A stretch of 63,668 bases of DNA, the filler included, from Octopus bimaculoides (taxonomy: Eukaryota), in NCBI RefSeq assembly GCF_001194135.2. It is 8 parts of 7 records of this genome, joined end to end, with 100 filler letters (N's around TTAATTAATTAA, not from the genome) between each part and the next. Parts side by side here need not be neighbours in the genome. Positions count along the whole stretch, not along the records: positions 14,772 to 29,460 come from NC_068985.1; positions 29,561 to 39,558 come from NC_068981.1; 6 more parts are not named here. One strand, written 5' to 3'. The first letter of the stretch is position 1. Every line of letters starts with the position of its first letter. Of this stretch, positions 24,913 through 37,998 are shown piece after piece. Made by a program: the position numbers and the translations under genes. The notes under the pieces were generated by a model. It had not been told where the DNA came from. It did not search any database and saw nothing but the letters and a program-made list of their open reading frames with translations.

Positions 24913-25083
24913 TTTGCACCACGGACAGGTGAATTTTGGAAGAGAAGCCCTGCAAGTCTACTAGATAGATGGAAGAGCATTGTGGAAAATGATGGAGAGT
25001 ATATTTTCCATTAAAAAAAGAAGTTTGCTTATCTGAATTTTGAAAAATAAAAGTATAAAAAAACGCATTATTTATGGGATAAC

Positions 25084-25087
<4 letters not shown>
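24913..25087 (+). mobile_element. mariner transposon 3' end
   Basis: FAPRTGEFWKRSPASLLDRWKSIVENDGEYIFH* (24913-25014); TIR-like AAAACGCATTATTTATGGGATAACCTCA followed by (TA)n. Confidence 0.75.
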
Positions 25088-25127
<40 letters not shown>

Positions 25128-26126
25128 NNNNNNNNNNNNNNNNNNNNNNNNNNNNNNNNNNNNNNNNNNNNNNNNNNNNNNNNNNNNNNNNNNNNNNNNN
25201 NNNNNNNNNNNNNNNNNNNNNNNNNNNNNNNNNNNNNNNNNNNNNNNNNNNNNNNNNNNNNNNNNNNNNNNNNNNNNNNNNNNNNNNNNNNNNNNNNNNN
25301 NNNNNNNNNNNNNNNNNNNNNNNNNNNNNNNNNNNNNNNNNNNNNNNNNNNNNNNNNNNNNNNNNNNNNNNNNNNNNNNNNNNNNNNNNNNNNNNNNNNN
25401 NNNNNNNNNNNNNNNNNNNNNNNNNNNNNNNNNNNNNNNNNNNNNNNNNNNNNNNNNNNNNNNNNNNNNNNATATATATATATATATATATATATATACA
25501 TTCTTTTTCAGAAAGAAAACATAATCCGTGCACTTTTAAAACTACTATGTGTCATATTAGTATAGAAAATATTCACTCTCTTATATTCCTATTGAAGGTT
25601 ATTTCCTGGTAGAATTTCATTCAAGTATTTGATTGAGTCAGAAATGTTGAATTCCAGAATGAGTCACATCATCTCTTGTTTACCTAGAAGCAGGTAGAGC
25701 GCGAAAACAGAGAATTATTTAAGGTGTTAACAATAACAAACTGAATACGTATTAGTCTGTCTCCAAGTACAATGTAAAACTTGCAGTCAAAACACATTGA
25801 ATTCTTGGATTTGGTTAAGCTGCAGTGACGGATTCAAGCAAAGAATTTAGACTTCTATATGGGAGAACGTTTCGGTTCGTTCTGAGGTTGAAGTGCCAAC
25901 GTTGAGAGGAATCCGAACAGGAATGGCTGTGGATTTATGTGGAAGAACAGCATGTTATTTTAATTGCAGTTGATTGTGGGTTTCCGTGATGTTAACTGCA
26001 AATCTTTTAGTAAAGGAGGTTACAATTTGGTCAGTGAGGGAATGGTGGACGCCGTGAGGTCGTGGATTAAGAAAGATATCTGACTTGCAAACATGTAAGA
26101 AATGGTCGGAAGTGCGTCTTTGTATG

Positions 26127-26158
<32 letters not shown>

Positions 26159-26736
26159 TTATTAAGGATAAAAATCCAAATTTACAGGTAAAGACAGTGG
26201 ATTTTCATCGATGAGTTCATGAACCTTGGTTCTTTTCCCTAAGACTATATGTGTGTGTGTGTGTGTGTGTGTACAGAGAGAGAGAGAGAGAGAGAGAGGC
26301 AGATAGCTGGATATATGTACATACATATATACGTACACACACAGACATACACACACATAATATGTACAAAGAAGGTAGGTAAGTGAAAGCTTGTACAGAT
26401 TGGATTGCTCCACGTCGTGGTTTGTATAATTCAATATGGCTGCTCGAATTTTGTATGATTGGCAGAGATTAGCGGAGATATATGCAACTATTGAAATAAA
26501 ATAGCATATGAAGCAATCTAAAATGTACCGCATAAGAAATTGTGAATCACATTTAAATAATATATTAGCAGAAGTGTAAAGATTGCTGTTAGATTTACTA
26601 CAGAGAAAATGGCATTTGATCTACTCAAGCTGTTGTAATTTAGCACCAAGTAATCGCTGAAATGCATTTAAGTAACGGCAAACCATTTTTTTTTTTCCTT
26701 ATTTGTATTCTATTCTTCAACGTAAAAAGATGATGT

Positions 26737-27135
26737 TTTGGTAGAATCGTTAGCTCACTAGACGAAATGCATCGTGACATTTTGTGTCTTTATGTTCTGA
26801 GATCAAATTTCGCCGTGGTCGACATTGCATTTTATCGTTTCGAGGTCGATAAAATATTTACCAATTGAACACTGGGGAGAATGTAAATGACTTAACCCCC
26901 TACCCCACTATTGTTGGCCTTGTGCCAAAATTTGGCAATATCATTTCCAATATCATTTCTACAATCAAAGCAGCCAGCTGGAATAATGTTAAGAATTCTG
27001 GCTAAAACGCTTAGCAGTATTTCGCCCGTCTTTACGTTCAGAGTTCAAATTCTACCGGTTAAATATTGGAGTCAATGTAATACATAGATTATTATCTCCT
27101 CACCATAAATTTCATATCTGTGCTTATAGTAAAAA
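26737..27135 (+). mobile_element. Two diverged SINE family B copies
   Basis: GGTAGAATCGTTAGC...GAGATCAAATTTCGCC and CTTAGCAGTATTTCGCCCGTCTTTACGTTCAGAGTTCAAATTC. Confidence 0.7.
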
Positions 27136-27688
27136 CAAATGTTCGTTGTACAGCGTGTTCCTTTCTAAGAAGGTAGCGGTTTAGTAGTTTTGATGTGCAT
27201 TTAACAACCGCTTACAACAGATAGCACCGTCGTGTAGAAACAACCCCATTGGCTCAGGGAAATATTTCTAAATTAAAGAAACCTAGCAACATCCAAGTAA
27301 ATATGAGTAAAACTGCTATAATGCGAGCGATGAGCCCTTCAGCTTTTAAAGGTGTTACAGATATCTAGTAAAAGATATATGACAAGAATATGACGTATAA
27401 CCAAAGATAAAATACTTAATGCCGTATGTATGTGTCGCTTTGCTTGTGTATGTGTTTACGTATGTTTACTTAATAAAACGAAGGAATGGTAGACAAAGGA
27501 TATGTAAGTGACAGTTTATATGTATAAGTGTATGCTTGGTTGTATATGAGCGTGCGTGTAAAGTGGAAACCATTGCTATAGAATATTAAAGTTATTACAT
27601 CACGTGCAACAGAAAACCTGTTTTCCGTAAAGATAATTTTAGAAAACTTCCCCTTAATTTCCTAATTTCTTTCTCTTTTCTGTATCTT

Positions 27689-27741
<53 letters not shown>

Positions 27742-28228
27742 TTATCTATCTATCTATCTCTCCATCTATTTATTTATCTACCTGTTGTCTATTTCCATTC
27801 TCTCTCTAGCACAGCCTCCTTATCTCCCTTTCTCACTCTTTCTCTTTCTCTCATTCTCTCTCATTTTCACGCATTCTCTCTCTCTCTTTCACATTACCTC
27901 ATCATCATGATAGCGTTGGTACATATATAACCATGTTTACCTATGCAGACTATCATGTATTACATGTAATGCTATATATATATATGTGTGNNNNNNNNNN
28001 NNNNNNNNNNNNNNNNNNNNNNNNNNNNNNNNNNNNNNNNNNNNNNNNNNNNNNNNNNNNNNNNNNNNNNNNNNNNNNNNNNNNNNNNNNNATATATATG
28101 ATGTAATATAATATATAATATAATATATAATATAATATAAAATACATATGCATTCATTTATATACCTACATACACTCAAACACACACATATTGAGAGAGA
28201 AAGAGAGAGAAAAGAAGAGAAAGTGAAT

Positions 28229-28284
<56 letters not shown>

Positions 28285-29199
28285 CCTATGCATGGTTGTA
28301 TGTATGAACGTGTGTATCTGTAATATTTCTATGTATCTCTAATGACGTATCTTTATTGTTGCTAGAAGTTAATGTGTGAACAGATAAGGTGTAAAATGTG
28401 TATAAATCAATGAAGATATGCTAATGGGAATATTTGCGTAGATATGAATGTAACAGCGACTATATCTATGCAGGTGTATGTATATGACACACTACTACAA
28501 ACCACTCTTCATTTTTAAAAAGCATTCCACCTTCGCAATTTTCTGGAATTTTCTCAAATCTAATTTTACGATAAAAATAATTGCATGTCAGGAAGTTGAT
28601 TATATTTCAATTCTATATGACATTCTCCATTAACCACAATATCTCTACATTTCCCTAAAAACAATAAAGTCAATGTAATTCACATATATTAAGCTCCCAC
28701 TTCAGCCATTGTGCATTTCATGTCCATCTTTATCGTGAGTGCTGCACGAATGAAGCGTGAGTGAAACTAGTGCGATAATGCAAGGATAAACGTATACATC
28801 AAGAACACTTTTGTCTTCGTTAGATTCATATTAATGTATCAAAGTTTTAACAACCTTACTTATTTACTTTACTTTTGAAGGCGAGGTGACCTTAAACATA
28901 AACATCTCATCTACTCTGTATTAATTAATTTCCATCGTCTCTAGCTTCTCACCAGCTCATTAAGATTTTAAAGCCTAATTTTTCCGAGATCAATGATTCA
29001 AGTTATTAAATTAATTAAACTCACCTGGAATATTGACAATCTCATTCCAAGCGAAGCTGAGAGCCTGCACTTGGGTGTTCGATTTGAAACGATTACAAAT
29101 ACCAACTATTTCTCCCAAAATTCATAGCTTGCCAACTACATATTAGGAATTCACTGAAATATAAAAAAAGTATGACATTCTTTATACGACTCTTCTTTT

Positions 29200-29415
29200 A
29201 CTTCTTTCAGTCATTTGACTATGGCCATGGTGGATCACTACTTTTAATCGAACAGACCCCCCCCCTCCACCCGCCACGACTTATTCTTTGTAAGCCTAGT
29301 ACTTATTCTATCGGGATCTTTTGCCGAACCGCTAATGTTACAGGGGGGCATAAACACACCAGCATCGGATGTCAACTGAAGGTGGTGGGGGGGAAAAAAC
29401 ACACACACACATACA
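29200..29415 (-). mobile_element. SINE family A 3' half
   Basis: CAGTCATTTGACT...GCCTAGTACTTATTCTATCGG...GCCGAACCGCTAA...ACACCAGCATCGG. Confidence 0.8.
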
Positions 29416-29460
29416 TATATATCGACCCCGAAGGGATGAAAAGCAAAGTCGGCCTTAAAA

Positions 29461-29560
29461 NNNNNNNNNNNNNNNNNNNNNNNNNNNNNNNNNNNNNNNN
29501 NNNNTTAATTAATTAANNNNNNNNNNNNNNNNNNNNNNNNNNNNNNNNNNNNNNNNNNNN
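29461..29560. other. Artificial scaffold spacer
   Basis: N44-TTAATTAATTAA-N44. Confidence 0.95.
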
Positions 29561-30080
29561 CCATCAGCGAGGAGATAGGCCTCTTAATCGTAGATTTTAA
29601 ATATTTGAGAGACAACAATGCATAAATCGTAATTTTTAAAAGAGCAATGAAATCTAGGTGAATAGAATATATACGTAGCATGAATTTAAGAAGCTTAGAA
29701 AATGAATAAGTATGAATTTAAGACAAAAACTGAATTCAATTGAATTTCATGGAGAGAAACAAGATAAATAATAGAGGGCAGACTAAAGCGCGAAAGGTAT
29801 GAGATGTTTGAGGCCGTAAATAAATAAAAATCTCTATCTTATCTGCATCTTGGACAGACAAAATTAGCATGACACACTTTGACAAAGTTGAGCTTTGACT
29901 TGTCGGTACAAATCATGTGACTGGCTTCTAAACAATTTCATTCATACATTATAGGTCAACCCAAGTACTTTCCTAAGATGTTATGCTGTGAAATTGAAAC
30001 TGTGATGTCATAATTACGAAGCAAATTCTTAACCATTCAATTTGGCCATCTGTGCATAAGGTGTGTATGTGTGTGTGTAG

Positions 30081-30300
30081 TCATCATCATTTAATTGTCA
30101 TTTAATGTCCACTTTTCCATGACTATGTATCAGATAGATTTTCTACTATCAGATGACCTTCCTGTTGTCAACCTTCACTTGTTTCCAAGCATGCTCATAT
30201 TTTACCATGCTCACACATGTTTTCACAGAATATTTGAAATGAATGACACTGCTTGTATGACACCCATTTACAACTATCATCTAATGTTGAAACAAATACA
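30081..30300 (-). mobile_element. Element with an RTE-type 3' tail, diverged
   Basis: (CAT)n TTTAATGTCCAC...GATGACCTTCCTGTTGTCAACC resembles the tail of 34349-35733. Confidence 0.55.
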
Positions 30301-30334
30301 CACAAGTACATATTCAAAGACTCACACACATAAA

Positions 30335-30750
30335 ATGAGCTTCTTCTTAGTTTCCATCTACTAAATACTGCTCACAAGGCTTTGGTCTACCTGAGGAAGT
30401 TGCAGAAGACACTAGCCCATGATGCCATACAGTGGGACTGAACACAGAACCATATGGTTGAGAAGCAGACTTCTTACCACACAACCACTATACTCTGATC
30501 TTAGCCAAAAGGTCATATATATATATGTTTATATATACACACACACACACTAGGCACAGGTGTGGCTGTGTGGTAAGAAGTTTGCTTTCCAGGTTCAGTC
30601 CCACTGTGTGGCACCTTTGGCAAGTGTCTTCTACTATAGCCTCAGGTTGACCAAAGGCTTGTGAGTGGCCATGGTAGACAGAAACTGAAAGAACCCCATC
30701 ATTCCCATATGTGTGTGTGTGTGTGTGTGTGTGTGTTTATCCCTCACCAC
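30335..30750. mobile_element. Head-to-head pair of SINE family A 5' halves (30335-30490 minus, 30553-30750 plus)
   Basis: Both carry the TGGCTGTGTGGTAAG A-box and GTTCAGTCCCAC B-box, in opposite orientation. Confidence 0.75.
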
Positions 30751-31059
30751 TGCTTAATTTTAGAATACACTAGAATTTCTTTTTATATGCATCAAATAGT
30801 TATGGAGGTCCAGTAGAGAAGAATAGGAATCAAAGAGGTCCATAGGTAAAAAATGTTTGAAAATCATTGGAAAAACAATTTGAAAGTAAAGAAACTGAGA
30901 CTCATATCTTTTTGTCAATTCTCAACTGAAGCCTTTCATTTTCACTGAGGTTTATTGTGTGAAGTAAAATAGATCTTTGATTTTTAGTTGTTGAATCAGC
31001 AGAACTACCTTAGCACGTAAGTAGTTGAGTATTCCATAGACATGTATGTTTTCTTGCCT

Positions 31060-31762
31060 TTAACCCTCCAACGCGGAGTATAGGCCACTTATAATTGAAT
31101 TCCATGTCGCATAATTTCTCGCTTCTGTACTTATACTCTGCCATGAATGTCCCCCTTTCTCTAGTTCCTTTTGCGTTGATCTACACCACGAGTTCTTAGG
31201 CCTACCCCTCTTTCTATATCCATCCGGATTCCACTGTAAAGCACTTTTCGCTGCATTTGGTGTGTCCTTTCTAATTGTGCTACCAATCCACTTCCACTTT
31301 TTCTTAAATATTTGCTCCCTAATCAAAACTTGATTCGTTCTTTGCCATAGCTCCATATTGCTTATGTGTTCGGGCCATCTGATTTTAAGTATACTACGCA
31401 AGCACCTGTTGATGAATGATTGTATTTGCTTATTTGACTTAACTGTTGTTCTCCATGTCTCAGCCCCATACAATAACACCGCTTTTAGGTTAGTGTTAAA
31501 AATTCTTATTTTGTTCTTTATTGAAATTACACTTGCGCTCCATACTTTTTTTAACAGGTGAAAAGCGGTCATTGCCTTACTTATTCTCATCTTAATATCT
31601 TCGTCGGTGCCACCTGAGAACGTTGTCTTACTACCTAAATACGTAAACTCGGCTACATCCTCTAGTTCACCAATTTCTAGTTTAATACTTCACTGTTTTC
31701 TTCATTAACGCGCCTAATTTTTGATTTGTTGAGGTTGACTTTCAATCCTAGTTTGGCAGACA
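31060..31762 (-). mobile_element. RTE-clade LINE 3' fragment (RT C-terminus and downstream region)
   Basis: GLKVNLNKSK../EFTYLGS..GGTDEDIKMRISKA..AVLLYGAETW..FINRCLRSILKIRW..KWIG..ALQWNPDGYRKRGRPK; one frameshift near 31690. Confidence 0.9.
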
Positions 31763-32643
31763 TGTATGCCTTTAATGTAATTCTTGGGCAGAATCAGCAT
31801 GACATGGTGTGTAGCAAAGTTGGGCCAATGAATTACAAGCACAATCAATCTGTGCTTTTTGCATAGCTTCCATCTAGCCAATGCTAAGGTTAGCCTGAGA
31901 GTACATTAAAAGGACATTTGCTCAAGATGTCATGTAGTTTGGTCAAACTCAAGATTTTGTAATTGCAAAGCAGATGTTTTAACCATTTGGCCATGTGGCA
32001 ATCCATATGCTTACTAATATCTGTAAACTAAGATAAAATATGAGTTGGACATGTGATTGTTAATGACATCAAAGCATTTATAAAATAGCCAGCACTACTA
32101 CAATGGACTACTCAGATCCACCTGTCTTTCATCTGTAATATTAGAGTATGAACTTTTGGGATATCTACCTATCTGTCTGTTTGTCTTTCTATCTATATAT
32201 CTGTCCGTCTGTCTGTTCATCCAATCAGTTAGTCAATCAATCAATTAATCAATCAGTACTATTAACTCTCACTCTCCTGATTTTCCTGTTTTTCTACTCC
32301 AGTTTAAACTATTTTGTTAATGCTTTAGAACTGTTTTTTATATAATTAAACTTTAGTTAATTCAACCAGTACATTACTTATAATGAACTCTTGTTTGCCT
32401 GGGTTCCATCTCCCTTCATCTGACACTAGGCTTCAGACATCTCGTCCAGTCAGAGCACTAATTATCTCTATCTACCTTTTTGACGTTTTCTCACCCATCA
32501 TACTAATACATTCATAAGTACATGAACATTATAACTTATGAATATGATTTCTAGCATATAAAATTATGATATCTACTTAGTGATGCGACAGTATGCTTGC
32601 TAAAAGCCTCTCAACAAGATACAGAAGTTATCAATTCAATATA

Positions 32644-32995
32644 TATCATCATCATCATCATTTAACGTTCGTTGTCCATGCTTGCATGAGATGGACAGTT
32701 TGACCAGAGCTGGCAAGCTGAGGAGCTGCGCCAGACTCCAGTCTGATTTGACATGGTTTCTACAGTTGGATGCCCTTCCTAACACCAGCTGCCTTCCAGA
32801 GTGTACACGGGTGCTTTTACATAGTGTCTTATGGGCATTTTTACATGGCATCACATGGGCACTTTTATGTGACGTCACATGGGCACTTTTACATGGTGAC
32901 CCACAGGTGCTTTTAAGTGGCACTACATATGCATTTTTACATGGAACTACACAGATGCTTTTACATGGCACTGCCATGAGTGCTTTACACCAATA
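32644..32995 (-). mobile_element. RTE-type 3' tail element containing a 24-bp minisatellite (about 8 copies, 32809-32990)
   Basis: (CAT)n TTTAACG...GGATGCCCTTCCTAACACC followed by GGGCACTTTTACATGGCATCACAT-like units. Confidence 0.75.
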
Positions 32996-33206
32996 GAAGG
33001 ATATATATATATATATATTATATAATTGCAGGTATGGCTGTGTGGTAAAGAAGCTTGCTTCCCAACCACATAGTTCTGGATTCAGTCCAACTATGTGGCA
33101 CCTTAAAAAAAATTGTTAATTATTCCCTTTAAATATATTTATTTATATTAAGAGCATTGCTATACATAAATGCCTCATGCTAGGAGGGACTCTTAAAGTC
33201 AAGACT

Positions 33207-33245
<39 letters not shown>

Positions 33246-33246
<1 letters not shown>

Positions 33247-34025
33247 GCGGTCCTTCAGCAGCTAGCATAGATGGGTTTCCAGCAGTCCTACTCAAATCAT
33301 ATAAGCGAGCTCTTACAAAACCACTCCAGCTACTCTTCCAGAGCTTCCTTGCAAGTGGTAAGCTCCCAGACAAACTGAAGGAAGGGATAATATGCCCTAT
33401 CCATAAGGGAGGAAGCAAAGCAGATGCTAAAAATTATAGGTCTATGTCTCTGGCTTCACACATCAATAAAGTCATGGAACAAATAGTCCACAAGAAGCTA
33501 ATCACGTTCCTAGAAGAAAATGACTTGCTGATTGACACCTAGCATGGATTTTGTCCAGGTAGAAGCTCTCTGACACATCTCTTGCAATACTACGACTGGG
33601 TGTTAAAACAGCTGCTGTATGACCCAAGCATGGATGTGATATATCTCGACTTTGCAAAAGCTTTTGATAAAGTTGTCTATGGTATATGTCACAAACTGCA
33701 TGATCTTGGCATATGCGGAAAACTTAGAGAATGGCTGCACAACTTTCTGAAGGATAGATGTCAGGTAGTAGTGGCCAATGGAGCCACCTCTAAGGAAACA
33801 CAAATAGAAAGTGGTGTTCCACAGAGCACTGTCTTGGGGCCACTGCTGTTCATCGTGGCCTGCTCCGATAGCCACCCTTGCTAGCTATGCAGATGACACA
33901 AAATTCTCTCAGACAATACAAAATCCTGGAAATATTGCACATCTGCAACAGGAGTTGGATACAATATACAGTTGGGCTGAGGACAACAACATGCAGTTTA
34001 ATGCAGGAGAATTCCAGTCTATAAG
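33246..34025 (+). mobile_element. Decayed CR1-clade LINE reverse transcriptase fragment
   Basis: PIHKGGSKADAKNYR..HGFCPGRS..DVIYLDFAKAFDKV..SGVPQSTVLGPLLF../YADDTK..W...N.MQFN; stop codon and frameshift. Confidence 0.9.
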
Positions 34026-34348
34026 TTGATGAATACCACCTATTAATCCCTTCAATTTTCTTATTGCTCTATATATAATATATATTATAGATATGTATAT
34101 TATATATATATATATGTATTATAGATATATATATTCTATATATATATATATGGGGCAGCTGATGAAGGAAAATGTTCTCTATGTGGCCTGTGTGTTTTCT
34201 GTACTCAGGTTATTATTATTTTTTTTTTGTCTGTTTTGTTTGCAATGTCCTGTACCCAGATATGCAGCTATATATACTGGTAGATGTTGGTATGCACATA
34301 CTTGTACGTATATATTGCATATACTCATTTATTATTTGTTTTATATAT

Positions 34349-35733
34349 ATATCATCATCGTCATCATCATCATCATCATCGTTTAACGTCCGCTTTCCAT
34401 GCTAGCATGGGTTGGACGATTTGACTGAGGACTGGTGAAACCGGATGGCAACACCAGGCTCCAATCTAATTTGGCAGAGTTTCTACAGCTGGATGCCCTT
34501 CCTAACGCCAAACACTCAGAGAGTGTAGTGGGTGCTTTTACGTGTCACCCGCACGAAAACGGCCACGCTCGAAATGGTGTCTTTTATGTGCCACCTGCAC
34601 AAGAGCCAGTCCAGGGGCACTGGCAACGATCTCGCTCGAAAACCCTACAAGGCCAGTCAGGCAGTACTGGCAATGGTCACGCTCAGGATGGNNNNNNNNN
34701 NNNNNNNNNNNNNNNNNNNNNNNNNNNNNNNNNNNNNNNNNNNNNNNNNNNNNNNNNNNNNNNNNNNNNNNNNNNNNNNNNNNNNNNNNNNNNNNNNNNN
34801 NNNNNNNNNNNNNNNNNNNNNNNNNNNNNNNNNNNNNNNNNNNNNNNNNNNNNNNNNNNNNNNNNNNNNNNNNNNNNNNNNNNNNNNNNNNNNNNNNNNN
34901 NNNNNNNNNNNNNNNNNNNNNNNNNNNNNNNNNNNNNNNNNNNNNNNNNNNNNNNNNNNNNNNNNNNNNNNNNNNNNNNNNNNNNNNNNNNNNNNNNNNN
35001 NNNNNNNNNNNNNNNNNNNNNNNNNNNNNNNNNNNNNNNNNNNNNNNNNNNNNNNNNNNNNNNNNNNNNNNNNNNNNNNNNNNNNNNNNNNNNNNNNNNN
35101 NNNNNNNNNNNNNNNNNNNNNNNNNNNNNNNNNNNNNNNNNNNNNNNNNNNNNNNNNNNNNNNNNNNNNNNNNNNNNNNNNNNNNNNNNNNNNNNNNNNN
35201 NNNNNNNNNNNNNNNNNNNNNNNNNNNNNNNNNNNNNNNNNNNNNNNNNNNNNNNNNNNNNNNNNNNNNNNNNNNNNNNNNNNNNNNNNNNNNNNNNNNN
35301 NNNNNNNNNNNNNNNNNNNNNNNNNNNNNNNNNNNNNNNNNNNNNNNNNNNNNNNNNNNNNNNNNNNNNNNNNNNNNNNNNNNNNNNNNNNNNNNNNNNN
35401 NNNNNNNNNNNNNATAGAGTTACTACCTACTCCTTTTCTACATACTGAGCAGGGCCATCTACCTGAAGGGGTTTGTGTTTTATCTACCTTCCTACTTATT
35501 AGGATTTTGGTTTTTGCTAGGTTGACTCTAAGGCCCTTCGATTCTAGTCCTTGCTTCCACAACTGAAACTTCTCCTCTAGTTCTGATAGTGACTGCGCAA
35601 TTAGTGCAAGGTCATCAGCATAGAGGAGCTCCCAGGGGCAACCTGTCTTGAATTTCTCTGTGATCGCCTGGAGGACTATGATAAATAGGAGGGGGCTGAG
35701 GACGGAACCTTGGTGGACCCCTACCTCTACTCA
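34349..35733 (-). mobile_element. 5'-truncated RTE-clade LINE with RT motifs, Cys-rich region and (GAT)n tail; gapped
   Basis: 35414-35728 reads VEVGVHQGSVLSPLLFIIVLQAITEKFKTGCPWELLYADDLALIA..GLRVNLAKTK..WPCSVCRKGVGSNS in one frame; 3' UTR GGATGCCCTTCCTAACGCC and (CAT)n at the left end. Confidence 0.9.
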
Positions 35734-36349
35734 GAGTGTAGAAAGGTAGAAAGTCCAATGGAGAAGTTTGTGGGTGATGAGAGGAGACAGGATCAACTGG
35801 TGCGACATATATATTATATATATAAAGCAAATACATAACAAGGATGTCAAGGTGGCTCCAGTTAATGGAAACAATCGTAATGCACTAATACCTTGATATC
35901 CTTGTTACTTATTTGATATATGTATATATCCATTTGAGTGTTCATCCTTGTTTTTATTTGTTTGTTTGTTGGGTGGTCTTCTTACGAATTTAAACAGTAA
36001 ATGAAGAACAGTTTATTCCCAGAATCAATAGTGTAAGGATGTAAGAAATACCAAGGCTAACTATATCAAATGAAAACTAACTATATACTTATATATAGTT
36101 TAGTGATTACTATATTTATTAATTTTCAATCAACTCCATTTCCTCTCCTTCACCTCATCCTTTCTTCTGTACTGCAAAATCTCCAGGAAGTCACTTATCA
36201 ACCTGTTACTAACGGTGTGGGGAGAGGGAGATGGTGGGAGGGCAGGGGAGAAAAGCTTTGGGAGGTTAAGAACCTCACAGTGAAAACATTTCAGAGAAAC
36301 AAGCAAAATTTGGCTAACTTTCTGCAAAAGTAATTATCACTTTACTCAC

Positions 36350-36409
36350 CCTGTGGGGGTGTTTCTGCTACTCCTCCCATGTAACTGCAGAACTTGTTCA
36401 GGTTGATGA
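36350..36409 (-). CDS. Candidate 60-nt symmetric exon, unknown product
   Basis: ttttccttgttaacccag acceptor, G|gtgagt donor, open phase 1-1 frame xINLNKFCSYMGGVAETPPQ. Confidence 0.2.
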
Positions 36410-36493
36410 CTGGGTTAACAAGGAAAATTCTTATAGCATTAGTGCTATAGTTGTTAGTGTTGTATTTATTTCTGCAGTGATGGTGGGTGTGTT

Positions 36494-36544
<51 letters not shown>

Positions 36545-36699
36545 CATACATACATACACACACACATATGTGTATATATATCTCACCACACGTGTTTGTG
36601 TGTGTGCATGTATGTATATATATGCATACATACACACACACACATATATATATACAATTATACATATTTACATACACTTATATGGTGGTTGTGATTAAT

Positions 36700-36730
<31 letters not shown>

Positions 36731-36954
36731 TATATATACATATGTATATCACAACGATCTTATGTATGTATATATATATATATATATATAATAAATGAAA
36801 AAATGTGTACAAACAAATGACATAAAGTATACTGAATGTAAAAATTAACAGGAGACAAACAGAAGGTCCATAATTCTTCATCAGTTATCAACCAATTGGT
36901 AATATTCAGTTTCACATCTTTACAAATGTATATGTGTGTGTGTGTGTGTGTATG

Positions 36955-37004
<50 letters not shown>

Positions 37005-37509
37005 TGTATGTATGTATGTATGTATGTATGTATGAGAAAAAAAGGTCGTCAGAATTTTGGGAGAAAAATCTTTTTCTTTCTTCATTGTCATTAGTTCTTT
37101 TGTTCCTTTCTAAAAGTTATATGTATATATATATATATTTGTATGTATATATATATATTTGTATGTATGTATATATGTATATATATATGTATATATATGT
37201 ATATATATATGTGTATATATATGTATATGTATGTATATATGTGTATNNNNNNNNNNNNNNNNNNNNNNNNNNNNNNNNNNNNNNNNNNNNNNNNNNNNNN
37301 NNNNNNNNNNNNNNNNNNNNNNNNNNNNNNNNNNNNNNNNNNNNNNNNNNNNNNNNNNNNNNNNNNNNNNNNNNNNNNNNNNNNNNNNNNNNNNNNNNNN
37401 NNNNNNNNNNNNNNNNNNNNNNNNNNNNNNNNNNNNNNNNNNNNNNNNNNNNNNNNNNNNNNNNNNNNNNNNNNNNNNNNNNNNNNNNNNNNNNNNNNNN
37501 NATATGTAT

Positions 37510-37814
37510 GTGGAGACACAATGGCCCAGTAGTTAGGGCAGCGGACTTGCGGTCGGAGGGTCGCAGTTTTGATTCCCAGAGCGGGCGTTGTGTGTGTTTA
37601 TTGAGCGAAAACACCTAAAGCTCCATGAGGCTCTGGCAGGGGGTGGTGGCAACCCCTGTTGTACTCTTTTGCCCCAACTTTCTCTCACTCTTTCTTCCTG
37701 TTTCTTGAGTAATGCTGCAATAGACTGGCGTCCCATCTAGCTGGGGGGAACACATACACCATAGAAACTGGGAAACTGGGCCCATGAAACTGGTTAGGCT
37801 TTAAAAGGGCGCAT
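37510..37814 (+). mobile_element. tRNA-headed SINE family C, near full length
   Basis: A-box TGGCCCAGTAGTTAG, B-box-like GTTTTGATTCC, body, (TAAA) tail. Confidence 0.8.
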
Positions 37815-37957
37815 AAATAAATAGAAAAAAATATACATATTATGTGTATATATGTTATGTATATATATGTATATATGTATATATATAGATGTGTGTGTGT
37901 ATATATATGTGTGTGTGTATATGTGTATATGTGTATATATGTGTATATGTATATATA

Positions 37958-37998
<41 letters not shown>

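Noticed and set aside
37510-37585. tRNA genes at SINE heads (also 58338 and 39069)
   Set aside because: A/B boxes are present, but there is no complete cloverleaf and each continues into a repeated SINE body.
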